In this document: piece by piece, positions 12,701 through 26,109 of the stretch
Numbering within the stretch: the stretch's first letter is position 1
How the letters are laid out: each line of letters begins with the position of its first letter
NCBI GenBank assembly: GCA_052327205.1
Contig: CM126215.1
Coordinates: 79,422,001-79,486,000 of the forward strand
DNA from: Somniosus microcephalus
Lineage: Eukaryota
Reading direction: 5' to 3'
Length of the DNA stretch: 64,000 nt
The notes under the pieces: generated by a model
The model's input: the letters and a program-made list of their open reading frames with translations, nothing else
Databases searched by the model: none
Told to the model about the DNA's origin: nothing
Program-made: the position numbers and the translations under genes

Positions 12701-13375
12701 ACCAATTTAAAACTCCTTTAAGAGCAATCTGTTAAGAGTGGAATTGAAGTTGGGGCAAGGTAGAAGTAATTTAAAAATAAGTACGTTGTTTCTTAGTGTT
12801 GTGCTCTGACACACTGGTCTATCTTTTAAAGGATGTGTCCTTCCACCTTCAGGACCATGCATTGAAATATGAGCAGTATATGCCTATCTAAAATTGATTG
12901 GTTAACACATGATTTTGCAAGAAACCGATTGATCAGCATTGATCAAATGATAATGTTTCATTAATAAATTAAAAATGTTAAAATCTATATAAGTAAATGA
13001 ACATGAATAGTTAACAGTTTATGAAGGATTGTTTTTATATATTGCTGGATTTTAATAGGTATCCAGTTATCGATAGCATTTGTATCAATGAAAAGTCCTG
13101 AAAATGAAAGAAACAAATCTTCCAAAAGCTGGACTAGTGATGTGTCACAGAAAAGCTGGATTCCTATTGTTGGATTCTCTTAGAAGGTCAGGATATTCAC
13201 CTCTCGCAGGATATTACCTAAATGGGACAGAGTTTCAACTGGACTAAATTATACAAGGTCTGTGGAAAGAATGGACTAGAAATCGGATAATGCCCGAAAA
13301 CGGGCGGGGGCATCGGCAAGTGCTATTTGCCTGCGCCCGTTCTAAGAGGTGCAGGCAGAATGTAAAATTCGTCAC

Positions 13376-14290
13376 AGCATCTGACACATCAGACACCAGC
13401 TCAGAAAATGGCACTGCGCAGACTTCAGAGGGTAGCATAGAGGCGGGATCTGCACATGGTGAGTCACTGGGCACGTGTGGGCTGCAGCCAGGCCAGGGGG
13501 AAAGGGTAGCTCGGGTGCCAACTCCCCGGAGGGCGAGTTCGCACATGTGTTTTGCTCCACAGGACTCAGATGATGGTCTCGATGGGGCGGCCTTCAGAAG
13601 AAGGGTGATGGGCATGCACACGGAAATGCTAGCTGCAGTGGCAAGCCTGCCAGAGAGCCTATCTTCAGCATCAAGGAGCATGGAGGAGTACAGCTCCAAC
13701 ATTGCAAGGGGTTTTGCGCAGAGCTTGGAGCCCAGGATTGAAATGATGGGCAACTCCATGAGAGACCTTGTGGACCCAAATATGCTGGTGGGTGTGATGG
13801 GTGATCTCGCAGCTTCCATTGCAGCACAGGCAGAAGCGACCCAATGTCTCACTGCTGCAGTGGAAGCTGGGTTTACGAGTGTCGAAAGGGGCTTGCAGGA
13901 TGACGCAGCACTCCAGCAACCTGTCCTCCAACAGATTACTAGGATTGCTGAGGCGCTGTCCCGGGGGAGTGGCAGTGGCCTCTGTGGAGTAAGAACCTGC
14001 TGTCCTCTCTCAGGATGACAGCATTCCTATTTCCACAATTGCCACTCCGCCAGTGCCCTTGCTGCTGTCTGTCAGCCAGCCAGCTCAGACCGCTGCCTCC
14101 CATGCCTAGGTGGTGCAGCCTGCTGCTGGGCCTGCTAGGTCCAGAGCTGCTCGAGGTAGTCCTGGAAGGTGTTCTGTAGCCTCCCATACTGAAAGTCAGC
14201 AGCCTTCCACCAGTAATACTGCAGGCCATGGGGGAGCAGTTTGTTGGAGCACTAGAGTAGGAAAAGGGACACGAAAGAGACACTAAGGGA
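13376..14290 (+). pseudogene. Harbinger Myb/SANT accessory protein, last-exon remnant
   Basis: ORF 13290-14018 resembles ORF 39592-40533 (MHTEML / MHTQLM, AQAEATQ / AQADATQ); downstream frameshift and stop; N-terminal exons missing. Confidence 0.75.
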
Positions 14291-15163
14291 ATGCACAAGG
14301 TTGATTAGTTGACTTTGTTCTTTTGACTTGAATTCGAGAAATTTATGAATTTTGTTTGGAATGTATTTTTTGTGGTGGTTCTCATTTCAGCTTTGTACCC
14401 AGGAGGACGCTATGATGTTCCGTGACAGAGGGATGGTTTGATGGGGAAATGGTGAGCAACGGAGATCTGGGGTTCCATTCACAGGAATAGAAGTCTGATG
14501 AGGCACTCACAGACAGCCCGTCTGGAACAGGGATTTGCTGCCTGCCTCCTCCCTTCCTCCTCTTCCTCTTCCCCTTCCTCTTCCTCCTCCTGAGGTGGTC
14601 CCGGAACCCCTGGTAGCAAGGGCTGCGCCTTCATGATGGCCAAGTTGTGGAGGATGCAGCAGACCACCACAAAATGGGACACCCGCTCTGGTGAGTACTG
14701 GAGGGCTCCTCCCAAGCGGTCAATGCAGCAGAACCATTGCTGGAGCACCCCGATGGTCTGCTTGGTGACATTCCTCGTGGCAGCATGGCTGTCATTATAT
14801 GAGTGCTGGCCACGAGTGGTGATGTTGGGGAGGGGAGTCATCAGCCAGGTGCAGAGCGGATAGCCCTTGTCGCTGAGCAGCCAGGTTTGACGTGGTGGCT
14901 GGAAGATTGCTGGCACACCGGACTGACGCAGGATGAAGGCATCATGACAGCTGCCAGGATAGTGGGCATTCACCATCATGATGTGCTGGGCGTGGTCGCA
15001 TAGCAACTGTACATTAAGTGAATGGTAGCCTTTGTAGTTACGGAACATCTCAGGATTGATATACGGTGCCCGCAAAGCCACATGTGTGCAGTTGATGGTG
15101 CCCTGCACCATGGGGAAGCTCGCTATCCTGGTAAAGCCACGTGTGTGTAGTCGATGGGCCCTG

Positions 15164-15375
15164 TGTTGTGTCGGTACCTTTCTACCTAGACACAATTTAG
15201 GACTCAGAACTCAGAGATTCAAACATGAAGTGCTTTATTGGAAGGAAAGGAAGTTATGGCAAGTTCCGAACAAAGAGAGCTAAAACTTAACAGAGAACAC
15301 CCAACCATTTATCTCCTGTGACAGCGCCACCACAGGTGGGAGGAGAACACACAATAGAACACACAATACATAACA
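15164..15375 (-). repeat. 3' LTR of Gypsy element 2
   Basis: TGTT...AACA termini; repeat of 19595-19801. Confidence 0.93.
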
Positions 15376-15530
15376 TTTCCTCCCCTCTTAAATGGAAGGT
15401 CCACATTATTCCTCAACAGGTAAGTTACTTTCAATGCACTCAACGAACCTAGGGTAGAGGTAGACTGCCTCAAACCCTGACTTTACCCTGGGGTTTATTC
15501 TGCCCCAGTCTTGTGGGTAAGTCACTAAGC

Positions 15531-18500
15531 CTAGAGATCCAAGCGTCTTGGAGGCCGCCGCTCTCTGACAGGATACCGGCGGTCATCGCTGGCTTCCACA
15601 GCAGTAGGCATTGACACAGGCCTGGATGGAGAAGGTGCCTGTGTCAGTTGAAAGTCAGGAGTTTGCACAGGTGGAACAGTCTCTTTGACTTCCTGTGTTG
15701 GAGAAGAGCACTGTGGCAAAGGATGCTGGTTTGCGGTATCATCCGGAAACAGTTCAGGCCAACCAGCCGTTGGAGCCTCTGTGGCTGTCTCTGCTCCTAG
15801 CAACAGTTGATCTGTGTGTTTTTTCCAGACGACGTCCTCAGCAGTCTCAACCGTGTAAGACACAGGGCCCGTCTGCGCGATCACCATAGCAGGAACCCAT
15901 TTCGGTCCAGTGTTGTAGTTTCGAGCTAGGACGTGCTCTCCCGGATGAAACCGTCTCTCCTTGGCTCTTTTCTCTCTCTTTTCAACTTGAGCTTGTTGTT
16001 GACAATGGACAACCTGTTCTGCCCTTGGAGGTTTGAGTAAGTCAAAACTTGTCCGCAACTGCCTCTTCATCATGAGCGAAGCGGGGGAAGTTTTGGTTGT
16101 GGCATGCGGCTCGTTCCTGTAGGACAACAGGAAGCTGTTCAGACGTTGGTGGATTGAGCCCTGACCTTGCGATGCCTTCAAGGCGTGCTTCAAAGTTTGC
16201 ACAAACCTTTCTGCCTGGCCGTTAGTAGAGGGATGATAGGGCGCAGACCTGATGTGTTGGACACCATTCACATGCAGGAAGGTTGCAAACTCCTGTGATA
16301 CAAATTGTGGACCGTTGTCACTTACGAGTTGTTCTGGTGAGCCATAACGGCTGAACATCTCACCAAGTTTCTCAATTATTTTCTCTGCCGTGGTAGACCT
16401 CATCACAGCGACCTCCAGCCACTTGCTACGAGCGTCCACAACCACCATAAACATCTTCCCTTCGAAAGGACCGGCGAAGTCCACATGTACTCGCTGCCAC
16501 ACTTCTGCAGGCCAATCCCAGGGGTGTGGAGTTGCCAGCTGTGGAACATTCCGGACCCTTTGACATGGGGAACATGTTTTGGCTTTCTCCTCAATATTCC
16601 CATCGAGACCTGGCCACCAGAAGTAGCTTCTTGCCATTTCCTTCATCCGAACCATCCCACTGTGGCCTGTATGAAGTTGTTACAGTATAGGTTCCCTCAG
16701 AGGTGGCGGAATAATGACACGGCGTCCCCAAAGAAGACAACCTGCCTGGACGGAGAGCTCATTTCTTTTTGAAACGTAAGGTTTCAAACTAGGAGAATCT
16801 CCTATAGCTCTCCCTCGAATGACATCGTCCATTACCTCAGACAGGACTGGATCGTTGCGGGTGTACCTTCGCACCTGAACTGCAGTGACAGGTGCTCCCT
16901 CCACTTGTCTAAAGTAGAAGATGTCTATCTGACGAGGCTCTGGGGGAGTAACAGGCAAGGGTAGCCTCGAGAGACCGTCTGCGTTGCCGTGCAAGTCTGA
17001 TTTGCGATATTTGATGTCGTATGTGTGTCCTGACAACAGTAAAGCCCACCTTTGCATCCTGCTTGCAGCGAGAGACGGAATTCCGGTGTGGGGCCCGAAG
17101 ATTGAAGTCAATGGACGGTGGTCCGTCAGGAGTGTGAACCTTCTCCCAAACAGGTACTGATGAAATTTTCGAATTCCAAAAACGATTCCCAAGGCCTTGC
17201 GCTCGATCTGCGCATAGTTACTCTCGCCTTGTTCAAGGTGCGTGATGCGAAGGCGATAGGTTTCTCTTCACCCGAAGGCATGATGTGGGATATGACTGCT
17301 CCCACACCATATGGTGATGCATCACATGCTAGCTGCACGGGTAGCTTTGGGTCGAAGTGTGTCAGGACCTCCAAATTCAGCAATGCTTTCTTTGCTTGGG
17401 CGAAAGCTTCGTTGCACAGTCCAGTCCATTTCCATGATTTGCCTTGACATAGCAACTGATGTAACGGCTTCAGCAATGTTGCTAAGTCTGGAATAAACTT
17501 CCCATAGTAGTTAAGTAGCCCCAGAAATGAACGTAACTGGCTCACATTCTGGGGTGCTGGGGCCTCCACGATCGCCTTGACCTTTGGCGGCGCCTTATGC
17601 AGGCCAGTAGCGTCAATCACATGCCCCAGGTACTCAACTGAAGACTGAAAGAATTCACATTTGTCTTTACGAACTCTGAGTCCGTACTCTTTCAGTCGTT
17701 GTAGTGTCGCATCTAAGTTCAGAAGATGATCCTCTTCATTTGTCCCAGTGACAAGGATGTCGTCCAGGTAGCACTGGACTCCTGGCAGTCCACTCAAAAT
17801 CTGATCCATTGCCCTTTGGAATAGAGCAGGGGCCGATGTAATTCCAAACGGAAGGCGGCAGTACCTGTATAGCCCCTTGTGTGTCACAATTGTCAGCAGC
17901 TCCTTTGATTTGTCATCGACATGCATTTGTAGATAAGCCTGGCATAAGTCTATTTTGCTGAACTTTTGCCCTCTGGCCAGGCCCGTAAAAAGATCATCAA
18001 TGAGGGGAAGAGGGTGCTGTTCCACAGACAGCACCGGGTTAATAGTCACTTTAAAATCCCCGCAGATTCGAACAGATCCATCCTTTTGCAGGACAGGAAC
18101 AATGGGTGTGGCCCATTTGCTCACGCTCACAGGCTCCAGGACTCCATTCTCGACTAAGGCCTCCAAGTTAGCCTCAACTTTTGGCCTAATTGCATAGGGT
18201 ACAGGTCGGGCTTTGTGAAACTTCGGCTTGCTGCCAGGTTTAATGTCCAGTCTCACGCTGATCTTTTTCATGCTCCCAAGTTCCCCATTGAAGAGTTCTG
18301 CATGTTTGTTTAACACTGCAGTCAGACCTGACTCCCCTTTTGACATCATGCGGTCTGCAGGCCAGTCCAGCGTGATTTTCTCTAGCCACGCACGTCCCAG
18401 TAGCGATGGGTAATTTCCCTTTACCACATATAGTGGCAGTTTTGCAGTCTGTCCGTTCAATTTAACTGTCACCTCAATGACGCCTCTCATGGCCACAGGT

Positions 18501-19516
18501 TCGCCGGTATACGTCTTTAGCACAATGTTTGTTGGCTGAAGGGTAAGATGCTTTAGCATTTTGTTGTAGACAGTGTCTGAAACAAGGGACACAGCCGCGC
18601 CTGTGTCCACCTCCATCCGCACTGATTGTCCCTCCACCAGTGGTGACACCCAGTAGCCATTTGAACCACCTGCAACCGTCAGTATGTGCACCCCTTCCTC
18701 CTCAGAGGTGTCGCTCCCCTCTGTTTTGCTTGTTCCATCATACTGCACTGAATGAACCCTCTTTTTCCTCTCTTGTCCAAATACAGACATTTTGCTTCCA
18801 TGCTTCCCAGCTCTGTCTGTTCTTTTTTTACCTCTACAGGCGCGTTCAATGTGACCCTTTTTGCCACAATTTCGGCATTCCAGCTCCGTACACCAGCAGT
18901 CATTAGCGTGATGGCCCGTTTTCCCACAACGGTAACATGTGCCGTTCCGCGCACCTTTAGGCTCAGACGACACCTTGTGAACTCTCCCTGTTGAACTCAA
19001 CTGGTGAGCCTCCTTTTCCGCCATCTCCATGGAGACACTAACTTCAATGGCCTTTTCAAGAGTAAGGTTGTCCTCAGTAAGAAGGCGCTTCTGTGTGGCT
19101 GCATTTTGCAGACCACACACAAGTCTGTCTCTAATGGTATCATTCAGCACCTCCTTGAACTGGCAGTGTTCCGACAACCTTTTTAAAGCAGCAATAAACA
19201 TCGTCACTGATTCCCCCTCCTCTTGATTACGTTTGTGAAATCTAAATCTCTCAGCAATAACCAGAGGTTTTGGTGAAAAATGTGCTCCAAGAATTTCCAC
19301 TAGTTGCTTATATGTTTTAGTTCCTAGCTTATCTGGCTGCACGAGGCTGCGAAGTAAATTGAAAGTCTTCGGCCCGATTACACTCAAAAAGGTAGGCATG
19401 ACCTTTTCATTTGCCACCGCATTCGCCAATACAAATTAATCAAAACGTTCCGTATATGCGCTCCATTGCTCCACATTTTCATCAAAATCACCGATGTTTC
19501 CTAATATAGTAGCCAT
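15531..19516 (-). pseudogene. Single-ORF gag-pol with three lesions
   Basis: ATG at 19516; stop near 19437; two CCHC knuckles; VDTGA protease; YLDD; DASPYG; frameshift near 17225; stop at 16680; integrase HVDFAGP..SDNG..ERFV. Confidence 0.9.
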
Positions 19517-19594
19517 CTCACGTTTCAAATTAAATTTTCTGTTTACTCACTGCACCCGTAACGTACGCAGATTCATCCGCTCCTCGTTGCCACT

Positions 19595-19801
19595 TGTTGT
19601 GTCGGTACCTTTCTACCGAGACACAATTTAGGACTCAGAACTCAGAGATTCAAACATGAAGTGCTTTATTGGAAGGAAAGGAAGTTCTGGCAAGTTCCGA
19701 ACAAAGAGAGCTAAAACTTAACAGAGAACACCCAACCATTTATCTCCTGTGACAGCGCCACCACAGGTGGGAGGAGAACACCCAATAGAACACACAATAC
19801 A
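19595..19801 (-). repeat. 5' LTR of Gypsy element 2 (5 bp short)
   Basis: Repeat of 15164-15370. Confidence 0.93.
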
Positions 19802-21126
19802 TGGGGAAGCTCGCTATCCTGGCAAAGCCACATGTGTGCTGTTCAGAGAGAAGACAATGAAGTCCCTTTTCCTGGAGTAGAGGGCCTCTGTGACCTCCCA
19901 GATACAACGATGGATGATGAACTGGGAGATGTTAGCTATGTCGCCTGCTGCAGACTGGAAGGATCTGGTGTTGAAAAAATTGAGTGACCTTGAGGGCCAC
20001 TGGGAGAGCCATGGTTGCCCTGCTCGAAGGCTGCAGGTCTGGTTGCAGGAGGTGGCAGAGTTCTATGACCACCTCCTTGGTGAAGCGGAGCCTCCTAATG
20101 CACTGCTCCTGGCTTAAGTGCAGGTAGGAGAAGTGCTCTCAGAAGACCTGAGGTGGGTCAGGCCTCCTGCTGAGAGCCCTCCTGCTCCTCCTCCTCCTCC
20201 CTCTGCAAGCATCTTGTCCTCTTTCCTGCCTCCGCTCCATCACCTTATCATACGCAAGCGTGAGGGGGACTGCAAGTAGTGGCCCGGTAACTGGGAACAA
20301 GTGGTATGAGCAGAAGCCTTTAAATGAGAAGCAAGACCTTTTCCACTTGCAGCAACACTACCTGTGACCTCAGCAACTTTAAACAACTTTAGAAAGCTCC
20401 AAGTAGTTGCACAAACTTAGGCAGAGCCAGTAGAACTGAAAAAGCAAGTCAGCTGCAAATTGTTGATGATCCCTTCAAATAGCGCTGGGGGCTCCTTCCT
20501 GCTGTTGAACGCTTGGTCAGCTGGTCGTGATTAGGAGAGGGCGGTAAATGGAGCGGCAACGTCCAAAATGGCAGATCGTGTGTCAAATCAGCGTTGCACA
20601 CTCACTGACATCATAATCTGCCTAATCTAAATATCTGGAGTGAGAACTGGCAACGGCAGTGCTACAGACCTCACCAAAATCCCAGCCGCCGCGGGACTCA
20701 CCAGAAGCGGACGGAAGCAAGTCATCCGTCATTTTCTCATCAAAACGGGCCTTAACGGCCGGCGCAAAACTCCCAAATTTCAAGGCCGAAGAATTTAATG
20801 GACTAAATGGCCTTTTATGTACCATAATGTTTTATATTATTATTTTTATTACGACTGATAATGGCATAAACATCTTGAAGACCATACAATACTGCAATTG
20901 CAGTATTGTGCATTGTTTTGCACAGCCACTAAATCCTGCTGTCAGCTGCACACTGGATAAACTGATAAACAGTAATCTTTGTGCAGCACCCTCACCTGTT
21001 TCTCTAGTCTTTGCAAGTATTTCAAGAGATCAGAGCCACTGGGGTTGTAGCAAGTTCAACAGAAGAATCCTTAACACTGCATTATACAAGACTTTCAAAT
21101 TAGGTGGCGGTCTTATATTTTATATT

Positions 21127-21488
21127 CACAGAATCACAGAATCACAGAAACCCCACAGTGCAGATAGAGGCCATTTCGGCCCATCGAGCCAGCACCGACA
21201 CATATCCCACCCGATCCCGTAACCCCTACACCAACACATATCCCACCCTATCTCCGTACCCCCACATATTTTAATCCCCCTAACACTAAGGGTCAATTTA
21301 TCATAGCCAATCAACCTAACCCGCACATATTTGGACTGTGGGAGGAAACCGGAGCACCCGGAGGAAACCCACGCAAACACGGGGAGAATGTGCAAACTCC
21401 ACACAGACAGTCACCCGAGGCCGGATTCGAACCCGGGTCCCTGGCGCTGTGAGGCAACAGTGCTAACCACTATGCCACCGTGCTGCCC
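21127..21488 (-). mobile_element. tRNA-derived V-SINE (HE1-like) with CR1-type tail
   Basis: A box tggcatagtgg, B box gttcgaatcc, V-domain gtggagtttgcacattctccccgtg, tail (gattctgt)n. Confidence 0.88.
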
Positions 21489-21699
21489 ACTATGCCACCA
21501 ACAGCTGAATAAATAGAAACATGTGTTACATGCCCTTGATAATTAAATATGGTATCAGTGTCAATATAAGATGAGCAAATTAGACAGAACTGGAGTAAAG
21601 CTCAGTAAGTACTTTGAAGGAGGCATATGCCAAGTGAATTCCAACTCTTCCTCCATCAGCCATGTTCTCCATATAGCACAAGTACTGTAGTCAGTAACT

Positions 21700-22140
21700 C
21701 AAATGTACACAGAAAGAGAATTGGTCAGTCTGATCCCCAAGGAGATTGCAGCTGTTGCACAGCTTTTGGCAGACCAACTCCAAAGGCATTCTTAGCCCAT
21801 CGTCAAAGACAATAATTCTGTTTCTGTCATGTGGATTCGCCTTTAGTAAAAAGGCCTCTATTATCTCAGGCAATTTCCTGACACAGTACAAGGATGAAGT
21901 GTTGCTGGAGATGTGAGAAATTCAAGGCCACTTAGTCATCTGCCATTTATCAGGAAGAATAAAACAGATCTTTGCCATGGTCCGGCATCAGCAGTTGTTA
22001 ATAAATAAGTTAGAGAAGAACCAATAACTTCAACAGTAGCTGCTAAATGGGTAACTTCTGGGATTGTGTAAACAACATTCAAAGGTTCACCGAGGAACAC
22101 AAATCCCCTCCAGGTGTATTGCCTATATAAATGAAAGTCT
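21700..22140 (+). mobile_element. Highly decayed LINE RT remnant
   Basis: Stop-riddled translation with faint RT-like segments (FAMVRHQQLLINKL; RGTQIP...YINE). Confidence 0.3.
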
Positions 22141-22381
22141 TGCATCGAGGAGACATCCATCACACCTCTAAGTTTCATACTTGAACGTATCATACTTTGT
22201 CACACATACGAAGTATATGGTACATTTGTACCCATTTGGCTCAAATGTCGTATTTATATTAAAAAATTCACAACTGAACAAGGAAGAAATGGTACCAGGG
22301 AACAAGCAACAAGCAGGTATCAATCAAGAATCAGCAGTTAGCAAATAGCTACCAATAAGATAACTAGTAAAGAGAACCAAT

Positions 22382-23074
22382 AGCCCTGAATTTCCTGGTG
22401 TAAGTGCTCGATTGCACCATCTTTCCAGGAAACATGCAGGTAACTGATTTATGCCAGTTTTATGCTGAAACATAGGCTACGCCCGAATTTCCTTGATCAT
22501 TTACACCACTCCTGAGTTCGATTTGCCGAAGCCCCACTTGACTCATTAACATAGCCCCGCCCCCTGCTAACGCCCAGAAAATGCGCGATTCCTGCATTTC
22601 TGACAATTCTGAATGGGTATGCAGCAGAACCCAGTCACCATTTCTGCTGTTTTACAGCAATTGTTTTAGCAATTATTTTTATTTCTCATTACTGAGACGT
22701 GCATTGTATTTTCTATATCTTTGAATGCTTTTTAATGGCATCAGAGTCTTACATTAAAAATTGGAAAGCTTCCACAATTGCAGTTTCTTAACGGTGCTCT
22801 GCTTAATGTGCATAAGCAATTGTTTAATGCTTTCAAACTTTAATTTTCATAACATCAATAAAATAAAGAGAGACTTAAAGAAGGAAGATGGCATACGTTC
22901 CGCACTTTCCTCGGGCCCTGATTGTTTCCGTTGATTTCCGTTTGTCATGTGCTGGTTTTTACGTTCCGGTGTATGCAAATGCGATTTTCAGGAAATTTAG
23001 GCGCAAGTTCCTGTCGGCAAGATCGGTGTAGGTATCGACATTCTCCATAAGTGCGATCCAGGAATTTCCAGGCT
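22382..23074. mobile_element. Harbinger-type MITE
   Basis: TIRs agccctgaatttcctgg / agcctggaaattcctgg; TSD AAT on both sides. Confidence 0.8.
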
Positions 23075-24243
23075 AATGAAGTCACTCAAAACATTTTTTG
23101 AAAATGTTTCTTTATCTGCCCAGTCATCTGAGGAAATGGTACTAAAAAAAATGTTTCTAGCATAATAAATACATTAAAATGGCATAATTCCCAACAAAAT
23201 ATTTAACCTATCCATACAATTGCCTTTTCTGTGAAATATTTCAAACAAGATTTTCCTCTGTGGGTCTGCCCCTCTTTCAGCAGCTTGTACTTGTTCTGTT
23301 TACTCCCATAATTATCAAAGTACATGGAGAGGCTAAACCACATAGCCGCTACAACTGCCAGATTGCAACTCTGTGACTCTGCAAAAACTCTGTGGACAAA
23401 ATTCCCAGAATCCAGATAAGGAGTGCGGTGAAATACTCACCACTCGCCTGGATGGATGCAGCTGCAACAACACTGAAGAAACTCAATGCGATTCAGGAAG
23501 CATGGTTTCACTACCGATCACTACCTCTCCCCCCGGCCTGAGGTCTAATGATCCCCGAGGCCCGAGTGCTGCCCCCTCGACCAGCGATCCTCCTCCCCAG
23601 GCAACAATTCCCTCTCCCCCGCCAAGCCAAAGATCCTCTCCCTGGTCGCCCCACTTACCTGAGGGCTACTGCTGGTGGTGCAGCGCCCGATCTTTAACAA
23701 CGCTTTCCTGTATCCAGTCCCAGAAATGCCTCAACTCCCATCCCCAATCCCACAAATGCCTCTGCTTCCATTGTCAGCCCCAAGACCTCACTTTTGCCCT
23801 CCACCTAAGGGCCACCTTCACCCCTGTCGTCAGCCTGGAAATGCCCCCATTTTTATTAAAGATTATTTTTGCAGTATAATAGATTCGGACCACACAACCC
23901 CCTACAAATCTGCCTCCAGGTCTCCAATGCAAGGGACAAGAAAAAGAAATTGAAATTGTGTGAATTTGTCATGCCTCAGTTGTGCTTACAAGGTTGACAG
24001 ATTGGTCCAGTCTTAGCAACAGGGTGATAATATTTACTGTGAAAGAACAAACTTGACATTAGACTGTCTCGTGTGGCTGTACATAAATACACGGTGCTAG
24101 GAAAGATTTCATCGTCGAACAAAGTGTAGAATAATGGTACCTGTGTGCGCTGTGGATTAATATGAACACTATTAACCTTTTGCCTCTATGCCTACTCTGT
24201 TTGTACATTGAACTATTACCATAATACACTTGCACATTAGCAC

Positions 24244-24695
24244 ACTGGTTCCAGGGATGAGAGACTTCAGTTACGTGGATAGACTGGGGAAGCTGGGGCT
24301 GTTCTCCTTAGAGCAGAGAAGATTGAGAGGAGATTTGATACAGGTGTTCAAAATCATGAGGGGTCTAGACAGAGTAGATAGAGAGAAACTGTTCCCTTTG
24401 GCGGAAGGGTCGAGAACCAGAGGACACAGATTTACGGTGATTGGCAGAAGAACCAAAGGCGACATGAGGAGAAACTTTTTTATGCAGCGAGTGGTTAGGA
24501 TCTGGAATGCACTGCCTAATGAAGGCGGCAGATTCAATCGTGGCTTTCAAAAGAGAATTGGATAAGTACCTGAAGGAAACATTTTTACAGGGCTACGACT
24601 ACGAGGAAAGGGCAGAGGAGTGGGACTAGCTGAAGTGCTCTTGCAGAGAGCTGGGATGGGCCAAATGGCCTCCTTCTGTGCTGTAACCATTCTAT
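24244..24695 (+). mobile_element. CR1 LINE, short 3' fragment
   Basis: LGLFSLEQRRLRGDLI..FFMQRVVRIWNALP; tail gggccaaatggcctccttctgtgctgtaaccattcta. Confidence 0.9.
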
Positions 24696-26109
24696 AAATC
24701 ACTGTACACATCCTTTAGCTACCAAAACCCAAACGAAAGAATGGAAATACTTGCATGTATATAATAGTTTACCATGTCCCGAACACTTATATAAAAAAAA
24801 TATATTTTTGAAGTGCAGTGACTTGTTCTTAAGGGCATATTGCCCCTCATTGGAGGGATATACAGGGTTGCTGAGGCTTTTGATATGCATGCTTGGACAG
24901 ATGTGCTGAAAGCAGATCTCTTTGTGGGAGTGGGGCTGGAAGCCTTTCGGACTGGGTGGGTCAGGAGCAAGCCCAATTTTTTTTGAACCAGTGGAACCAG
25001 AGTAAAAAGAAGCACCACTGGGGGTCAAAAACAGGGGGGGGGTGCAGTGGAGCTGGAGGTGGCAGCTTTAAAAAAAGTGTCTGCAAGAGTAGAGTAGTGA
25101 CAGCAATTAGGAGTCTCTTGCATTGTACTGCAAGTAGGTAGCAGCAAGGTTTGCAGCCAAGGTCCTCCATGTGCCATACCATCAATCTCAGTTGTGCTGA
25201 TGTGAGGTCAGCAGAAGGTTCCACAAACAGCAAATGAGATGAGTAACCAGTTAATCGATAGATAGAATAGACAGAATTGGAGTAAAGCTAATTAAACACT
25301 GTTACAGTTTGGGCATTCTCTCAACTTGTTTATTCATAGTCATGGGTAGATGACAGTTCCCATATTAGACTGAATCGCTTATGGACAGAAAGCTGTGTCT
25401 TTATTCTCCATGTGTAAGTTTAGCATGACCAGGTTGAACAGTTAACCCCTAACACAATATATTGCTTACTGGAAAATTCATGGGAGGCCCAAAATGTTCT
25501 CATCACCTCAGAAATCAGAAAGGAAACACAATGCAATGCCAGTGCTTACAGGCTAAAACTACTTAGTCACATTTATTTATAGATGAAATAACGTACAAAA
25601 GCAAAAGTACCCAGCAAGCTACTAATACAGTAAAATAATCAAACTTACAAAATATATGAATTGTTGACAAACAAAAAAAGGCAGAGTCTGAAATCCTAGT
25701 TCTTTCAGTAAGTTTGTAATACCAGTCACTAATGGTGATCATGGGAGGGGATCACTTTTGTTGTTCATATTCATACTCCGAGTAAAGGCTGGGTAACATT
25801 CAAGAGTAAGAATACTGAGAGAGTATGTAGGTTATAAAATGAATTTTCCTTTGAAGACCAAGCAATTAATAGTCAGATAATCAAAGTGTAACCATTTTTT
25901 AACATTTTGATGTACAATGCATAAACTGAGATTTTTGTTTGGCAGTACATTGCTTTTAACAGCTAACTCTATCTGTGTGGTTGAAATTGAATCAGCATAT
26001 GAAATACCTTTTGTGCAATAATTTAGGAACAAAGACTCACTAGTTTTCAACATGACACACTGGGATGAACTTTCCTCTGCAATCCTGCTCGCAATGGTGA
26101 GAAAATGTT

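Larger units (their letters stand above)
15164..19801 (-). mobile_element. Gypsy LTR retrotransposon 2, near full length
   Basis: LTRs 15164-15375 and 19595-19801 (3 mismatches in 207 bp; outer 5 bp of the 5' LTR missing); PBS tggcaacgagga (tRNA-Ser-like); PPT aagaggggaggaaa. Confidence 0.95.
14479..20290 (-). pseudogene. Harbinger (HARBI1-like) DDE transposase split by the Gypsy insertion
   Basis: [51 protein letters not shown] and acidic tail; N-terminal remnant at 19802-20290. Confidence 0.88.
13273..20787. mobile_element. Harbinger element with convergent Myb and transposase genes, interrupted by Gypsy element 2
   Basis: TIR-like ends ggactagaaatc / aaatttcaaggcc; Myb last-exon remnant on +, transposase on -. 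TSD ambiguous. Confidence 0.75.

Noticed and set aside
14479-15195. 238-aa HARBI1-like ORF as the host HARBI1 gene
   Set aside because: It starts inside a Gypsy LTR, has an altered catalytic motif (TINCTH) and lies within a TIR-bounded element.
15108-19838. 40-bp target-site duplication around Gypsy 2
   Set aside because: Better explained by an earlier tandem duplication in the transposase plus a small deletion.
21410-21488. tRNA gene (also near 63550 and 53750)
   Set aside because: A and B boxes are the heads of SINEs and continue into SINE bodies and tails.
21691-22193. Minus-strand ORFs as host exons
   Set aside because: No convincing splice sites; the opposite strand looks like a decayed RT.
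23373-23953. 168-aa Pro/Ser-rich ORF
   Set aside because: A mosaic of a small LINE remnant (EYSPLAW-like) and C-rich low-complexity repeat sequence.
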